Shown here in pieces: positions 46,875 through 57,452 of a DNA stretch of 64,000 nucleotides (positions are counted from its first letter, which is position 1; each line of letters opens with the position of its first letter). Source of the DNA: an uncultured Rikenellaceae bacterium (GTDB lineage: Bacteria > Bacteroidota > Bacteroidia > Bacteroidales > VadinHA17). Made by a program: the position numbers and the translations under genes. The notes beneath the pieces were generated by a model. That model made no database searches and was not told the DNA's origin. It saw only the letters and a program-made list of their open reading frames with translations. The stretch covers positions 8,932-72,931 of the forward strand of contig CAZWFL010000011.1 in the NCBI GenBank assembly GCA_964633195.1, in the 5' to 3' direction.

Positions 46875-48107
46875 ATGAAGAATTTAACAGATATTGCTGA
46901 GAGTATCAGGATGGAAGATTATGACTATTGCCTTCCGGAACGGGCAATTGCTCAATTTCCTGTTGAAAAGAGAGATACATCACGCCTGATAATCCTCAGA
47001 GGGGAAAAAGCTGAAGAGGATACTTTCATAAACATTGACAATTACATTCCTTCCGATTCACTGATGGTGTTCAACAATACAAGAGTTATCAGGGCACGTA
47101 TTCTCTTTCAGAAAGATAGCGGACCCGTTATCGAGATATTCTGCATCGAACCATTAAAACCATCTGATTATCAGTTGTCTTTCGCCTCGGCATCGGGAGT
47201 GGAATGGAAATGCATTGTCGGCAACCTGAGAAGATGGAAGAGCGGAAGTATCAGCAAAAGGATCATACTGATTGGAATCCCGATCACTATCACAGCTGAA
47301 AAAACAGGTCCTCCCGGAGAAACAATGAACATAAGATTCTCCTGGGAACCTCCGCATCTCACTTTCGGTGAGGTGATTGAAAAGGCCGGGCGCACACCTT
47401 TGCCTCCCTACATAAAGAGAGATGACAATCATAATGACGCTCTCAGGTACCAGACACTAATTTCGAAGTATAACGGTTCTGTTGCAGCACCTACAGCCGG
47501 ACTTCATTTTTCAGAAAGCCTTCTCGAAAAGATCAGGGAAAAGGGAATAACCATGTCCGAAGTGACCCTGCATATAGGAGCCGGAACATTTAAACCGGTT
47601 AAAACCCACCGCATTACTGAACATTCAATGCACACCGAACATTTCATGGTGTGCCGGAAAACAATTGAAATGATTCCTGCATACTATAACAGAATTATTG
47701 CCGTCGGCACCACATCCGTCAGGACACTTGAGACTCTTTACTGGCTCGGAGTGAAGGCCCTGTCGAGGAGAGAACCTGATAACGATGAAATGCTTTCACT
47801 TGAACAATGGGAAGAATACACGCTTGATGATAAAGTAACTGTAATCGAATCATTTGAAGCTTTGCTGGGAATAATGGATAAGAAGAAATTGGATTATCTG
47901 CGTGCCAAAACAAGTATAATGATTGTCCCGGGTTATGACTTCAGGATCGTCAATGGACTTATCACCAACTTCCACCAACCCAGGAGCACCCTGCTACTCC
48001 TTGTGGCAGCCTTTATCGGCCCCGGGTGGAGAGATGTTTACAATTATGCACTGAACAAAAATTTCAGATTTTTAAGTTATGGAGACAGTTCATTATTCTT
48101 CAGGTGA
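46875..48107 (+). CDS. queA: S-adenosylmethionine:tRNA ribosyltransferase-isomerase
   Basis: FNNTRVI, PLPPYIKR, YQT, SVAAPTAGLHF, VGTTSVRTLE, TNFHQP, FLSYGD. Confidence 0.96.
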   Translation: MKNLTDIAESIRMEDYDYCLPERAIAQFPVEKRDTSRLIILRGEKAEEDTFINIDNYIPSDSLMVFNNTRVIRARILFQKDSGPVIEIFCIEPLKPSDYQLSFASASGVEWKCIVGNLRRWKSGSISKRIILIGIPITITAEKTGPPGETMNIRFSWEPPHLTFGEVIEKAGRTPLPPYIKRDDNHNDALRYQTLISKYNGSVAAPTAGLHFSESLLEKIREKGITMSEVTLHIGAGTFKPVKTHRITEHSMHTEHFMVCRKTIEMIPAYYNRIIAVGTTSVRTLETLYWLGVKALSRREPDNDEMLSLEQWEEYTLDDKVTVIESFEALLGIMDKKKLDYLRAKTSIMIVPGYDFRIVNGLITNFHQPRSTLLLLVAAFIGPGWRDVYNYALNKNFRFLSYGDSSLFFR

Positions 48108-48204
48108 ATATTAATTTTTTGTTTAAATTTGTAGTTAAAAGATATATTTGTTTTTTTTTGAGCCTGTACCTTTTTTTTTGTTTATTTGGCGTTTTTAATC
48201 CAAT

Positions 48205-48438
48205 ATGAAAACTGAAAGAGTGATAAAGCAGATGGGGGCCATTTTCGGGGTATTTATGGTATTTTTCTACTTCGGAGTCGGAATTTATCTCATCTTCTTC
48301 TTTGAAATGTCAACACTGGATAAGACCATTCTTGTTTTACTGGGTTCGGCATTCTTATTGTACGGTATTTACAGAGCCTACAGAAGCTATGCAAAAATCA
48401 AGGAAGCTTTCTTTTCAGGTGACACAGAAGAAGATTAG
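48205..48438 (+). CDS. Small two-TM membrane protein
   Basis: Two hydrophobic helices and YGIYRAYR; upstream of the pstS-like gene. Confidence 0.65.
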   Translation: MKTERVIKQMGAIFGVFMVFFYFGVGIYLIFFFEMSTLDKTILVLLGSAFLLYGIYRAYRSYAKIKEAFFSGDTEED

Positions 48439-48539
48439 ACCAATTTTTTGGACACTTTGGTCAAAATCGTTATTGTCAGACAATGCATAAGATATGGCTG
48501 GCACGCACTTTGCAGTTACTTTAAAGGCAACTGATAGTT

Positions 48540-49592
48540 TTGATTGAAGAAAAGAATATGACCAAAGAGGCAGAAATACAAAAATTTATTAATATTGCGA
48601 TTCGTAATTTTTTGTCAGCAACTGACAATATGATAAGCTATTTAAGGAATTTTAACTGTCGCCCGTATCTTTCAGGTCTGCTTTTAGCAGCACCATTGTT
48701 GCTTTATTCTTGTCTTGGAGGAGGCGGATCACAGTTCAGGGAGTCTCCCACAAGCGGTAATATAAGGATCGTTGCCGACGAGTCTTTTCAACCGATAATT
48801 GATGATGAGATATATATTTTCACCAACACTTATAATAACGCAAAGATTGAACCTGTCTATTTGCCTGAAGTTGACGTAATCAACTATTTCATGAATGACT
48901 CCGTAAAGGTAATGGTCACAAGCAAAAAACTTACCGAGAGTCAGATCAAGTATCTCCGGGACACACTCGTGGTTGCCCGTACGACAACATTTGCGTATGA
49001 CGGGCTGGCACTGATCACAAACAAAGACAACAATGATACCCTGTTGAGGTATGAAACAGTAATTGACATCTTCAGAGGTAATATTACTAGCTGGAAAGAG
49101 GTAAATCCAAAATCAGGATCCGGAAGAATTAATGTTATTTTTGACAACACCAAATCGGGTAATATCAGATATTTCAAAGAAGTATTTGAGATTGAGGGTG
49201 CCCTTGGGGATAATTTTTTTGCCGTGAACAATAATCCGGAAGTGGTTGATTATGTATCAAGAAATCCTGATGCACTGGGTGTTATCAGTGTAAACTGGAT
49301 CAGTGACAGGTATGACTCCCTGAGCAATAGTTTTACAGAGAAAGTTAACATTGTTGCGGTCTCAAAAAAATATTTCAACGACGGGACCTATTACAGACCT
49401 TATCAGGCATCGATTTATGAGAGATCTTATCCTTTTGTCAGAGAGGTTTACATGATTTCGCGCGAGACTTTCAGCGGACTTGGTTCAGGATTCATACAGT
49501 GGGCAACCGCCGAGCAGGGACAACGGATCGTCCTTAAATCGGGGCTCGTTCCCGCCACTATGCCGGTAAGACTTGTACAGATCAGAAAATAG
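48540..49592 (+). CDS. PstS-like periplasmic binding lipoprotein (true start probably downstream, e.g. 48630)
   Basis: LLYSC lipobox, ADESFQPI, AYDGLA, VIFDN, YPFVREVY, GQRIVLKSGLVPA. Confidence 0.82.
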   Translation: MIEEKNMTKEAEIQKFINIAIRNFLSATDNMISYLRNFNCRPYLSGLLLAAPLLLYSCLGGGGSQFRESPTSGNIRIVADESFQPIIDDEIYIFTNTYNNAKIEPVYLPEVDVINYFMNDSVKVMVTSKKLTESQIKYLRDTLVVARTTTFAYDGLALITNKDNNDTLLRYETVIDIFRGNITSWKEVNPKSGSGRINVIFDNTKSGNIRYFKEVFEIEGALGDNFFAVNNNPEVVDYVSRNPDALGVISVNWISDRYDSLSNSFTEKVNIVAVSKKYFNDGTYYRPYQASIYERSYPFVREVYMISRETFSGLGSGFIQWATAEQGQRIVLKSGLVPATMPVRLVQIRK

Positions 49593-49698
49593 TTGATAAT
49601 TTGAATAATGAATTTATTTTTGCAGTGTAAATAAAAAAGTATAATAAATCAGAAAAGGAAAATTAGTATTAACTGGTGATATAATTAAGAATAAAGCT

Positions 49699-51948
49699 AT
49701 GAAACGTTCAACTTTAAGACCGATAATTCTTCTGTCTGTTCTTTTTTCAGTTCTGCTGGCAGGCAATATAAAGGCCCAGAATGATCTGCAGAATGCGATA
49801 AACCTTACCAAGGGTGAGCAGTACGACAGAGCCCGGACAATTCTCCGGGAATTGATTGCGAAAGAGCCTTCAAATGCAAAATATCATTTCTACCTGGGCG
49901 AGAACTATATGCTGGATTACTTCGCAGATACGATTTCAAACTCGCTTACCGTTGCAACAAAAGAGGCAGGGACAATTTACCAGGATGGTGTGGACGCGAA
50001 TCCCAATGAACCCCTGAATTATGTCGGGCTGGCCAAAGTTGCATTTTATCTTGATGATCATAAGACAGCTGATGAGATGAGGGCAAAGGCAAAGAGTTTC
50101 CTGCTCCCTTATAAAAATATAAGGAGAATAAGCCCTCCTGCGCAGGAGTATGCATTCATTCTGGCAAAACTTGCAGAATCCTACATCAAGTTCAACAGTG
50201 TTGACACTTCTCTTGCACTTCCGCTTATAAGGCAGGCTCTGACAATTGATAACAAGAATGCAGAGATATACCTGATTGCAGGCGACATCTACATGCTGAT
50301 AAACGACGGATCCAATGCCATTAAGAATTATAACAATGCACAGTATTACGATCCCAACTCCCCAACCGCCAATATGAAAATAGGATTCGTATATGTAAGG
50401 GGACGTATTTTTCAGCAGGCAATTCCATACTTTGAGGAAGCTATCAGTCTCGATCAGAATTATGCTCCGGCCTACCGTGAGCTTGGCCAGCTTTACATGA
50501 GAACCGGAAGACTCGAACAATCGAAGGAGAATTACAGGAAATATCTTGATCTTACCGCCGGTAACATCCCCGCAAAGATCCTTTACGTGAACTCTCTCTT
50601 CTATTCCAATGATTATGATGAGGTCATAAAGACTGTTGAAGAGATCCTGGCGGTGGATCAGTCCAGAACCTATATGAACAGGATAGCAGGATACTCATCA
50701 TTTGACAAGAAAAATCCCGACTACGATCAGGCGCTTAATTATATGGAGAAACTTTTTGCAACGGTGGCACCGGAGAGGATAATTAAGAAAGACTACCAGT
50801 ACATGGCCCGTATTCTTCTGGCAAAGAACCAGGGCTATCCAAAGCTTGTTGATTCTTACAACGCCCTGAAACCTCAGCTGGAGAGGGAAAAGACAAGACT
50901 CTCGGTGGCAACCACAGCTGCGGAGAGAACCCGAATAAAAACCTCTGTTGATGGTCTGACGAAAAGAATGGAGGATCTGAAGAGTCAGATTAATAAAGCT
51001 GATGTTGAGATCGACAGGGCATTCAGGGAATATGAAAAACTTCTCGAATTTAACCCTGAAGACAGAGCTGTCCTGAACGAGATTGCAGTCAACTATTATA
51101 CCTACAGAAGATATGAGGGTGCCGCCAGAACCTGGGGCAGGATGATAAGCCTGGGAAGGGATGATGTGGAAGACTATATGAGAGTAGGAAGAGCATATTA
51201 CAATGCAGAGAGATATCAAAGCGCCGATTCTATTTTCAATATTGCCCTGCAAAAATCGCCCGATCACATTGAGGCTTATGTTTATATAGCCAGAACATAT
51301 TCCAGAATGGATCCGGACTCAAAGCGCGGACTGGCAAGACCCAAGTTTGAGATGCTGCTCGAAAAGGCAGGCGTCGATTCACTAAAGAACTCTGCGCAAA
51401 TGATGGAGGCCTTTAACTACCTCGGGTATTATCACAGCATGAATAATAATCCGAACAAGGCAAAGGAATACTACAACCGCATGATCAATCTTGATCCGGA
51501 CAACCGCGACAACAAGATCAGGGGTTATATTGGACTGGCCAGTGTAGAGACCGAACAGGCAAGGAATGAACAGACCCTCGAGGGGAAGGTGGCAATACTA
51601 AACAGGGCAATTGATGCCTACAACAGAATTATTGCACTCGATCCTGCAAACGCCTCTGTCAAGAACATGCTCAAATCGATACAGGATTATCAGGCCAGTA
51701 TAAAGAAAGGTATCAACCCTAATGAAATCAAGGGCGTAATAAGTGATTCTGCAGGACAGCCTCTTGCCTATGCATCTATCAGGGTAAAAGATACTGCTGT
51801 CGAGAATCTTGCAAATTCCAGGGGTGAGTACAAGTTTGAGATCCCGCAAGGTTCTGAAGTACTTATCATAAGTGCCGAAGGGTTTGTGGCAAAAGAGATA
51901 CCTATCACAGCCGCAAGGACTTACAATGTCAGGCTCGAGAAACAATGA
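49699..51948 (+). CDS. Exported TPR-repeat protein with a C-terminal carboxypeptidase-regulatory-like (transthyretin-fold) domain
   Basis: Signal peptide, multiple TPRs, C-terminal IKGVISDSAGQPLAYASIRVK...GEYKF. Confidence 0.85.
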   Translation: MKRSTLRPIILLSVLFSVLLAGNIKAQNDLQNAINLTKGEQYDRARTILRELIAKEPSNAKYHFYLGENYMLDYFADTISNSLTVATKEAGTIYQDGVDANPNEPLNYVGLAKVAFYLDDHKTADEMRAKAKSFLLPYKNIRRISPPAQEYAFILAKLAESYIKFNSVDTSLALPLIRQALTIDNKNAEIYLIAGDIYMLINDGSNAIKNYNNAQYYDPNSPTANMKIGFVYVRGRIFQQAIPYFEEAISLDQNYAPAYRELGQLYMRTGRLEQSKENYRKYLDLTAGNIPAKILYVNSLFYSNDYDEVIKTVEEILAVDQSRTYMNRIAGYSSFDKKNPDYDQALNYMEKLFATVAPERIIKKDYQYMARILLAKNQGYPKLVDSYNALKPQLEREKTRLSVATTAAERTRIKTSVDGLTKRMEDLKSQINKADVEIDRAFREYEKLLEFNPEDRAVLNEIAVNYYTYRRYEGAARTWGRMISLGRDDVEDYMRVGRAYYNAERYQSADSIFNIALQKSPDHIEAYVYIARTYSRMDPDSKRGLARPKFEMLLEKAGVDSLKNSAQMMEAFNYLGYYHSMNNNPNKAKEYYNRMINLDPDNRDNKIRGYIGLASVETEQARNEQTLEGKVAILNRAIDAYNRIIALDPANASVKNMLKSIQDYQASIKKGINPNEIKGVISDSAGQPLAYASIRVKDTAVENLANSRGEYKFEIPQGSEVLIISAEGFVAKEIPITAARTYNVRLEKQ

Positions 51949-52002
51949 TCTGTCTGAGACAAATAAATCCTGCATTTTTTTGGAAATAAATAATTGATAC
52001 TA

Positions 52003-52010
52003 TATATTTG
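52003..52010 (+). promoter_or_regulatory. Bacteroidota -7 promoter box upstream of exbB
   Basis: TATATTTG, with TTTG (-33) at 51979-51982. Confidence 0.6.
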
Positions 52011-52048
52011 CGAATCGAAAAAAATCTTAAACCTAAACAAATCGAAAA

Positions 52049-52864
52049 ATGAGTAAAAAAGGAAGTTCTTTCAAAGATGCGTTGCAGAGCATATTTGCAA
52101 CAAGTGCTATTTTAATAGCTTTTATTGCTGCGGTTCTATTGTTTACGAAAGTAATGGGTAACCCTGTTAACTTCGAAGGTGGAAACCCGCAGGGACATGC
52201 TCTTCAGGGTAATTATCTCGGAATCGTTTATAAAGGAGGATTTGTTGTTCCTATCCTGATGACTCTTGTCATGGTTATTATTATTTTCGCGATAGAGAGA
52301 TGGATCACCCTGGGAAGGGCAAAAGGTAAAGGAAGGCTCAACCAGTTTGTTCGCCAGCTTCAGTCTCTCCTCTCACAGGATAAGATTGAAGAGGCTATCG
52401 AAGCATGTGACAAGCAGAGAGGTTCGCTTGCCAATGTAATGAAAGCCGGCCTGGCCCGTTACCGCGACCTGCAGAAGGACCCGGACCTTGAAAAGGACCA
52501 GAAGATCCTGTCGATTCAGAAAGCCTACGAAGAGGCAACAGCACTGGAACTGCCGATGCTCAGCAGGAACATGGTTATCTTCAGTACACTTGCTCCCTTC
52601 TCCGTTCTTGTTGGTCTTATCGGTACTGTTCTTGGTATGATCCGTGCTTTCGCCGCTCTTGCACAGGCAGGTGCTCCTGACGCTCTTGCTCTCTCGCAGG
52701 GTATATCCGAGGCACTAATCAACACAGCCTTCGGTATCACGGGAGGTGCACTTTCAATTCTTGCTTTTGCATACTTCTCAACAAAAATTGACGCTTACAC
52801 ATTCAAAATTGATGAGGCAGGATTCAGCCTGACCCAGACATTTGCAGAGTCTCTGAAGAAGTAA
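52049..52864 (+). CDS. exbB: MotA/TolQ/ExbB proton channel protein
   Basis: GLIGTVLGMI, GISEALINTAFG. Confidence 0.92.
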   Translation: MSKKGSSFKDALQSIFATSAILIAFIAAVLLFTKVMGNPVNFEGGNPQGHALQGNYLGIVYKGGFVVPILMTLVMVIIIFAIERWITLGRAKGKGRLNQFVRQLQSLLSQDKIEEAIEACDKQRGSLANVMKAGLARYRDLQKDPDLEKDQKILSIQKAYEEATALELPMLSRNMVIFSTLAPFSVLVGLIGTVLGMIRAFAALAQAGAPDALALSQGISEALINTAFGITGGALSILAFAYFSTKIDAYTFKIDEAGFSLTQTFAESLKK

Positions 52865-52898
52865 ATCCTTTGGTTCAAAATCTATAAAAAAAGTTGAA

Positions 52899-53537
52899 AT
52901 GCCAAAGATTAAAATAACAACGAAGCCGCCCCATGTCGACATGACGCCAATGGTTGACCTGTTCGCCGTTGTGTTGATATTCCTTATGCTTACGACCACC
53001 TTCAGAATTACAGAACCCGGCCAGGTTGATACTCCTTATTCAGTATCGGAAAGCCCCATCCTCGACTTTAACATCATGACTGTTGTCATTTCAAACGACG
53101 GAAGAGTCTTTTTCAATGTGGATAACGGTCCGGATACAATCCTGAAATTCAGGCAGAAAATACTTGCTGAAATGGGAGGAAGGTACGGTATTGAATTCAC
53201 TCAGCAGGAGTTGACTAAATTCGGGAATTATCCGGCTTCGATAGGTGTGCCGATAGAACGCATGAAGGAATTCCTTGCAATTGATGAACCTTTAGAAAAA
53301 GCTGCTTTCCAGACGGGAATCCCTGTTGATTCTCTCGACAACCAGCTTGGTATGTGGGTTCTTTATGCACGACAGGTGAACCCTGCTGTTAATGCAAGTA
53401 TCAAGGGAGATGCCAACGTAGAATTCCCTGTTGTTAAGAGGGTACTGGATATCCTGCAGGACAGAAACGTGAACAGGTTTAACCTGATTACCAGTCTTAG
53501 GTCCGCTGATGTTAAACTAGACGAAATACCTGAATAA
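52899..53537 (+). CDS. exbD: ExbD/TolR biopolymer transport protein
   Basis: DMTPMVDL, IKGD. Confidence 0.9.
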   Translation: MPKIKITTKPPHVDMTPMVDLFAVVLIFLMLTTTFRITEPGQVDTPYSVSESPILDFNIMTVVISNDGRVFFNVDNGPDTILKFRQKILAEMGGRYGIEFTQQELTKFGNYPASIGVPIERMKEFLAIDEPLEKAAFQTGIPVDSLDNQLGMWVLYARQVNPAVNASIKGDANVEFPVVKRVLDILQDRNVNRFNLITSLRSADVKLDEIPE

Positions 53538-53538
53538 T

Positions 53539-54210
53539 ATGGCAGAAGTAGCTGAACAAGATACTGGGAAAAAAGATGGTAAGGATAGGAAAAAAGTAAA
53601 GCATCCTCCTCACATCGATATGACACCAATGGTTGACCTTATGTGTCTGCTTATTGTATTCTTTATGCTTACAGCAGCTTTCACAAAGGCTAAGATTATG
53701 GAAATCAACCTTCCTGAGAAAATAAGGGACCCCAATGTGGAACCCCCTAAAATCCCGGGAAGCCGTACACTCAATATTATTCTGGGACCGGATGACCGTG
53801 TTTTCTGGTATCCCGGTATGGTCAGAGAAGAAGATTACTCCAATCCGCCACCTTTAAATGAAACAACCTATGGTGCTGACGGAATACGTCGTCTGCTGGT
53901 TGAAAGAAACCGGACACTTTTCAAAAGGATAGATGACTTTCAAAACGATGTCATTGCGGGCAGGATCAACCTGCCGAGAGACTCTATTGAAAGTGAGATC
54001 AGAAAATTGAAAAGAGATGACGACACGGGACCTATTGTTCTCATAAAGGCCTACAAAACATCCAATTATGGAAATTTTGTAGAGATACTCGACGAAATGA
54101 ACATCGTTGGTGTAGCCCGTTATTCATTCGTGGATCTGATATGGTATGAGACGTTTATGGTTGAGAGACACCTTGGGATCGCAACTACTACAGCTTCAAC
54201 CGGTAATTAA
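53539..54210 (+). CDS. exbD: ExbD/TolR biopolymer transport protein (second copy)
   Basis: DMTPMVDL, VLIKA...YGNFVEILDEM. Confidence 0.9.
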   Translation: MAEVAEQDTGKKDGKDRKKVKHPPHIDMTPMVDLMCLLIVFFMLTAAFTKAKIMEINLPEKIRDPNVEPPKIPGSRTLNIILGPDDRVFWYPGMVREEDYSNPPPLNETTYGADGIRRLLVERNRTLFKRIDDFQNDVIAGRINLPRDSIESEIRKLKRDDDTGPIVLIKAYKTSNYGNFVEILDEMNIVGVARYSFVDLIWYETFMVERHLGIATTTASTGN

Positions 54211-54228
54211 CCCGTAACTTTTACAATT

Positions 54229-55017
54229 ATGGCAAAAGAAAAAATAGATGCTCCAACTTTTCTTGAGATAGTCTTCGAAAAAAGAAATAAAGCTTATGGA
54301 GCTTATGTTCTGCGCAAAAAATATGCGCGAACCATGATTCTTGCAATGATTATCGGAGTAGTGGGTTTCTCAGCCGGGGTTATCACGCCTTACCTGAATG
54401 CCAAAGCCATGGAAGGCAGGTCTGCCAGGGAAGAGTATGTGGTAGAGATCCAGATGGAGAACCTCGATCAGCCTGCAGACGCAGTAGCGCCTCCTCCTCC
54501 CCCGCCACCACCACCTGCTGAAGATGCAGTACAGCAGACCAGATATGTTCCGCCTGTGGTGGTCGACACAGTTAAGCCTGAAGATGTCAGGCAGCTCATG
54601 ACAGCTGACGATGCAAGAGTTGAAATTGTCGACGCTGACGTTACAGAAGAAATCACTGTAATAGAAGTAATGGAAGAGGTTCAGGAAGAAGAACCTGAGC
54701 CCGAACCTTTCATTGTTGTGGAAGAAATGCCAATGTTCCCGGGTGGCGAAACGGAGCTTCTCAGATATATTTCTGACAACACAGTATATCCTGAGGTCGC
54801 AAAGGAGAACAACATACAGGGCAGGGTAATCGTACGATTCTGCGTTACTTCCAAAGGCTCCGTCGACCAGATAAGCGTTCTGAAAGGCGTTGACCCCGAG
54901 CTTGACAAGGAAGCCATGAGAGTTGTGTCAACACTGCCTCCGTTCAGACCAGGGAAACAGGGTGGGAAACCCGTTCCGGTCTGGTACATGGTACCAATAA
55001 CTTTTACACTTAAGTAG
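54229..55017 (+). CDS. tonB: Energy transducer TonB
   Basis: RNKAYGAYVLR, TM segment, poly-Pro, MPMFPGG, YPEVA...QGRV, PGKQGGKPV. Confidence 0.93.
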   Translation: MAKEKIDAPTFLEIVFEKRNKAYGAYVLRKKYARTMILAMIIGVVGFSAGVITPYLNAKAMEGRSAREEYVVEIQMENLDQPADAVAPPPPPPPPPAEDAVQQTRYVPPVVVDTVKPEDVRQLMTADDARVEIVDADVTEEITVIEVMEEVQEEEPEPEPFIVVEEMPMFPGGETELLRYISDNTVYPEVAKENNIQGRVIVRFCVTSKGSVDQISVLKGVDPELDKEAMRVVSTLPPFRPGKQGGKPVPVWYMVPITFTLK

Positions 55018-55040
55018 AGTTTTGTTTAGTCATTATAAGA

Positions 55041-55070
55041 AAAGCGCCGGATCGCACGATCCGGCGCTTT
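55041..55070. terminator. Bidirectional intrinsic terminator (tonB / ltaE)
   Basis: AAAGCGCCGGATCG-CA-CGATCCGGCGCTTT perfect inverted repeat between convergent genes. Confidence 0.85.
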
Positions 55071-55087
55071 CTATTTTGCAATGTTAC

Positions 55088-56143
55088 TTATTTCCTCTTT
55101 TCAAGCTCCGTCCTGATAAGTTCGGTGAAATTCTCAATATCCTCCTCCGTCGTATCCCAGCTGGTCATCAGCCTGTACTCGGAAATATTCTCATTCCACT
55201 TATAGAAAAAATAGCTCTCTGATACTCTATCTGCCACATCAGACGGAATTATTACGAAAACCCCGTTTGCCTGAACCTTCTGAGTAATTGTCAACCGGCA
55301 TTTAACGCTAATCTTTCCGGCCAGTATGGCAGCCATCCTGTTGGAGTGTGCAGCAAGCTCCTTCCACAGATCATTCCTGAAATAGGCAATGAACTGTGCG
55401 GATATGAACCGCATCTTGGAAGCAAGCTGCATTCCCTGCTTCCTGATATATTTGAAATCATCAGAAAGACCCTCCTTCAGAAAGCATACAGCCTCCCCAA
55501 ACATCATACCGTTCTTCGTGCCACCAAATGAGAGAATATCTACCCCTGCATCGGTAGTAAAAGCCCTGAAGGGCATACCAAGCGACGAGGCCGCATTTGA
55601 GATCCTTGCTCCGTCCATGTGTAACAACATACCCCTGGAATGAACGCAATCAGCAATGTTCCTTATCTCTTCAGGAGTATAAATGGTGCCCATCTCCGTT
55701 GCCTGGGTTATTGAAACAACCTTTGGTTGTGAATGATGCTCAAACCCGAAGCCGTGAAGATGCTTATCAAGCATGTCTGTCATAATCTTCCCGTCGGGGG
55801 TATCGACTGTAAGAACCTTGCAGCCTGTAAATTTTTCAGGCGCTCCGCATTCATCCTGCTCGATATGTGCCGTATAGGCAGTTATAACTGAATTCCAGCT
55901 ATGTGTGGCCGCACTCAGACCCAATACATTGGCTGCTGTACCGGTAAATACAAAAAATGTTTCGGTAGCCTCACCAAAATGATCCCTGAACAGCTGCCTG
56001 GCTTCTTCAGTGTAAATATCCGCACCATAAGCCACTGCATGACCTCTGTTTACCGAAACAAGCTCATTCAGAATCTCAGGGTGAACCCCTGCATTATTAT
56101 CGCTGGCAAATCCTCTTTTTACAGGTGCTTTCCCTTGTTCCAT
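55088..56143 (-). CDS. ltaE: Low-specificity L-threonine aldolase
   Basis: FASDN, GTAAN, DECGAPE, LHMDGAR, SFGGTKNG (PLP lysine). Confidence 0.92.
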   Translation of the reverse strand: MEQGKAPVKRGFASDNNAGVHPEILNELVSVNRGHAVAYGADIYTEEARQLFRDHFGEATETFFVFTGTAANVLGLSAATHSWNSVITAYTAHIEQDECGAPEKFTGCKVLTVDTPDGKIMTDMLDKHLHGFGFEHHSQPKVVSITQATEMGTIYTPEEIRNIADCVHSRGMLLHMDGARISNAASSLGMPFRAFTTDAGVDILSFGGTKNGMMFGEAVCFLKEGLSDDFKYIRKQGMQLASKMRFISAQFIAYFRNDLWKELAAHSNRMAAILAGKISVKCRLTITQKVQANGVFVIIPSDVADRVSESYFFYKWNENISEYRLMTSWDTTEEDIENFTELIRTELEKRK

Positions 56144-57349
56144 CTAACGTATCTTTGATCCCTTAACAGCAAAAAAGGTGATGTACGCATAATAAACAAA
56201 GAGACAGGATATGGCAACAACCAGACCTATACCCTTCTGAATACCACCCATCATAATCGGCAGAAGTGCCGCCCCGATAACGGAAGTGGCTATTACCCCT
56301 GAACCAACCTTTGAATGGGCCCCAAGGTCTTCAAGAGCAAGGTTGTAGATGCAGGGCCACATAATTGAGTGCATAAGTCCCGTTCCAAGGAAAAGGATCA
56401 GACCCAGCCAGCTCATCCCCATTCCTCCAAGCACCAGCGAAAGGAGAAGCATAACGGCTCCAACCACCGCATTGAAACTTAAAATCCTGGTAGCAGTATA
56501 TTTACGCAGGATAAAGATACCTGCTACACGTCCCACCATCAGTCCGGCCCAGTAGTAAGCAAGCATTTTAGTCCGCATCTCGCCGTCAAAATCAAATCCC
56601 AGTTTCGCCGAATAATCAGCAAAAAAACTCGGGATCCCTATTTCGACTCCCATATAAAAGAATATTGCCAGCGAACCAAGCCACATATGCGGGTATTTAA
56701 AAGCACTCGTTTTGATCTTTTTTGCCACCTCTTCAACCGTCTGAGGCTCCTTGATCTCCGGAAGGCGAAGGAAGAACATTATGATCACGATCACCAGAGT
56801 GACAATACCTATTCCTGCGAAAGGGCCCTGTACTGATTTCGGATCAGCTCCTCCACCTGTGTTGGCTGATACTATCAGCATCGACACAAAAAGAGGCGCT
56901 ATGACAGTTGCAACCGAGTTAAGTGCATTGGTGAGTGTAAGTCTGCTGGCAGCAGTCTCAGAACTCCCCAGTGCATTCACATAAGGATTTGCTGCTACCT
57001 GCAGTATAACAATTCCGATTGCAAATACGCTTATGGCGCTTAGAAAACCATAATATCCCAGGGCAACCCCGGGAATACACAGGAAAAAACCAAGGCTTAT
57101 GAGTCCCAGGGAGGTTATGATACCGTTTTTGTAACCGATCCTGTTCAGCAGATACCCTACAGGTATAGAGAAAATGTAGGCTCCGTAAAAAAAGGTGTTC
57201 GGCAGCTGCTTCTCAACTTCATTAAGACTAAAGGCATCCTTCAGGTAATTAATAAGCGAATTATTCATGGTTGTGATAAAGCCAATCAGAAAAAAAAGCG
57301 AGGCCATCACGATCAGAGGAAACAGATAATTGTTCTTTTTGCTTTCCAT
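56144..57349 (-). CDS. MFS glucose/galactose transporter (FucP/GluP family)
   Basis: FFLIGFIT, LQVAANPYV, YMGVEIG, HSIMWPCI. Confidence 0.9.
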   Translation of the reverse strand: MESKKNNYLFPLIVMASLFFLIGFITTMNNSLINYLKDAFSLNEVEKQLPNTFFYGAYIFSIPVGYLLNRIGYKNGIITSLGLISLGFFLCIPGVALGYYGFLSAISVFAIGIVILQVAANPYVNALGSSETAASRLTLTNALNSVATVIAPLFVSMLIVSANTGGGADPKSVQGPFAGIGIVTLVIVIIMFFLRLPEIKEPQTVEEVAKKIKTSAFKYPHMWLGSLAIFFYMGVEIGIPSFFADYSAKLGFDFDGEMRTKMLAYYWAGLMVGRVAGIFILRKYTATRILSFNAVVGAVMLLLSLVLGGMGMSWLGLILFLGTGLMHSIMWPCIYNLALEDLGAHSKVGSGVIATSVIGAALLPIMMGGIQKGIGLVVAISCLFVYYAYITFFAVKGSKIR

Positions 57350-57452
57350 TTCAGTAGTTTTAGTTATTTAGAAATAGTGGTTAAATGTTTTATTCACTTA
57401 CTGGTTATTCTGAGGTAATAAATCAGGAAAATTCTCCTTCACTCAGAATCAC

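Noticed and set aside
54489-54516. CCT/CCA/CCG triplet run as a possible contingency repeat
   Set aside because: It encodes the normal poly-proline linker of TonB with mixed codons.
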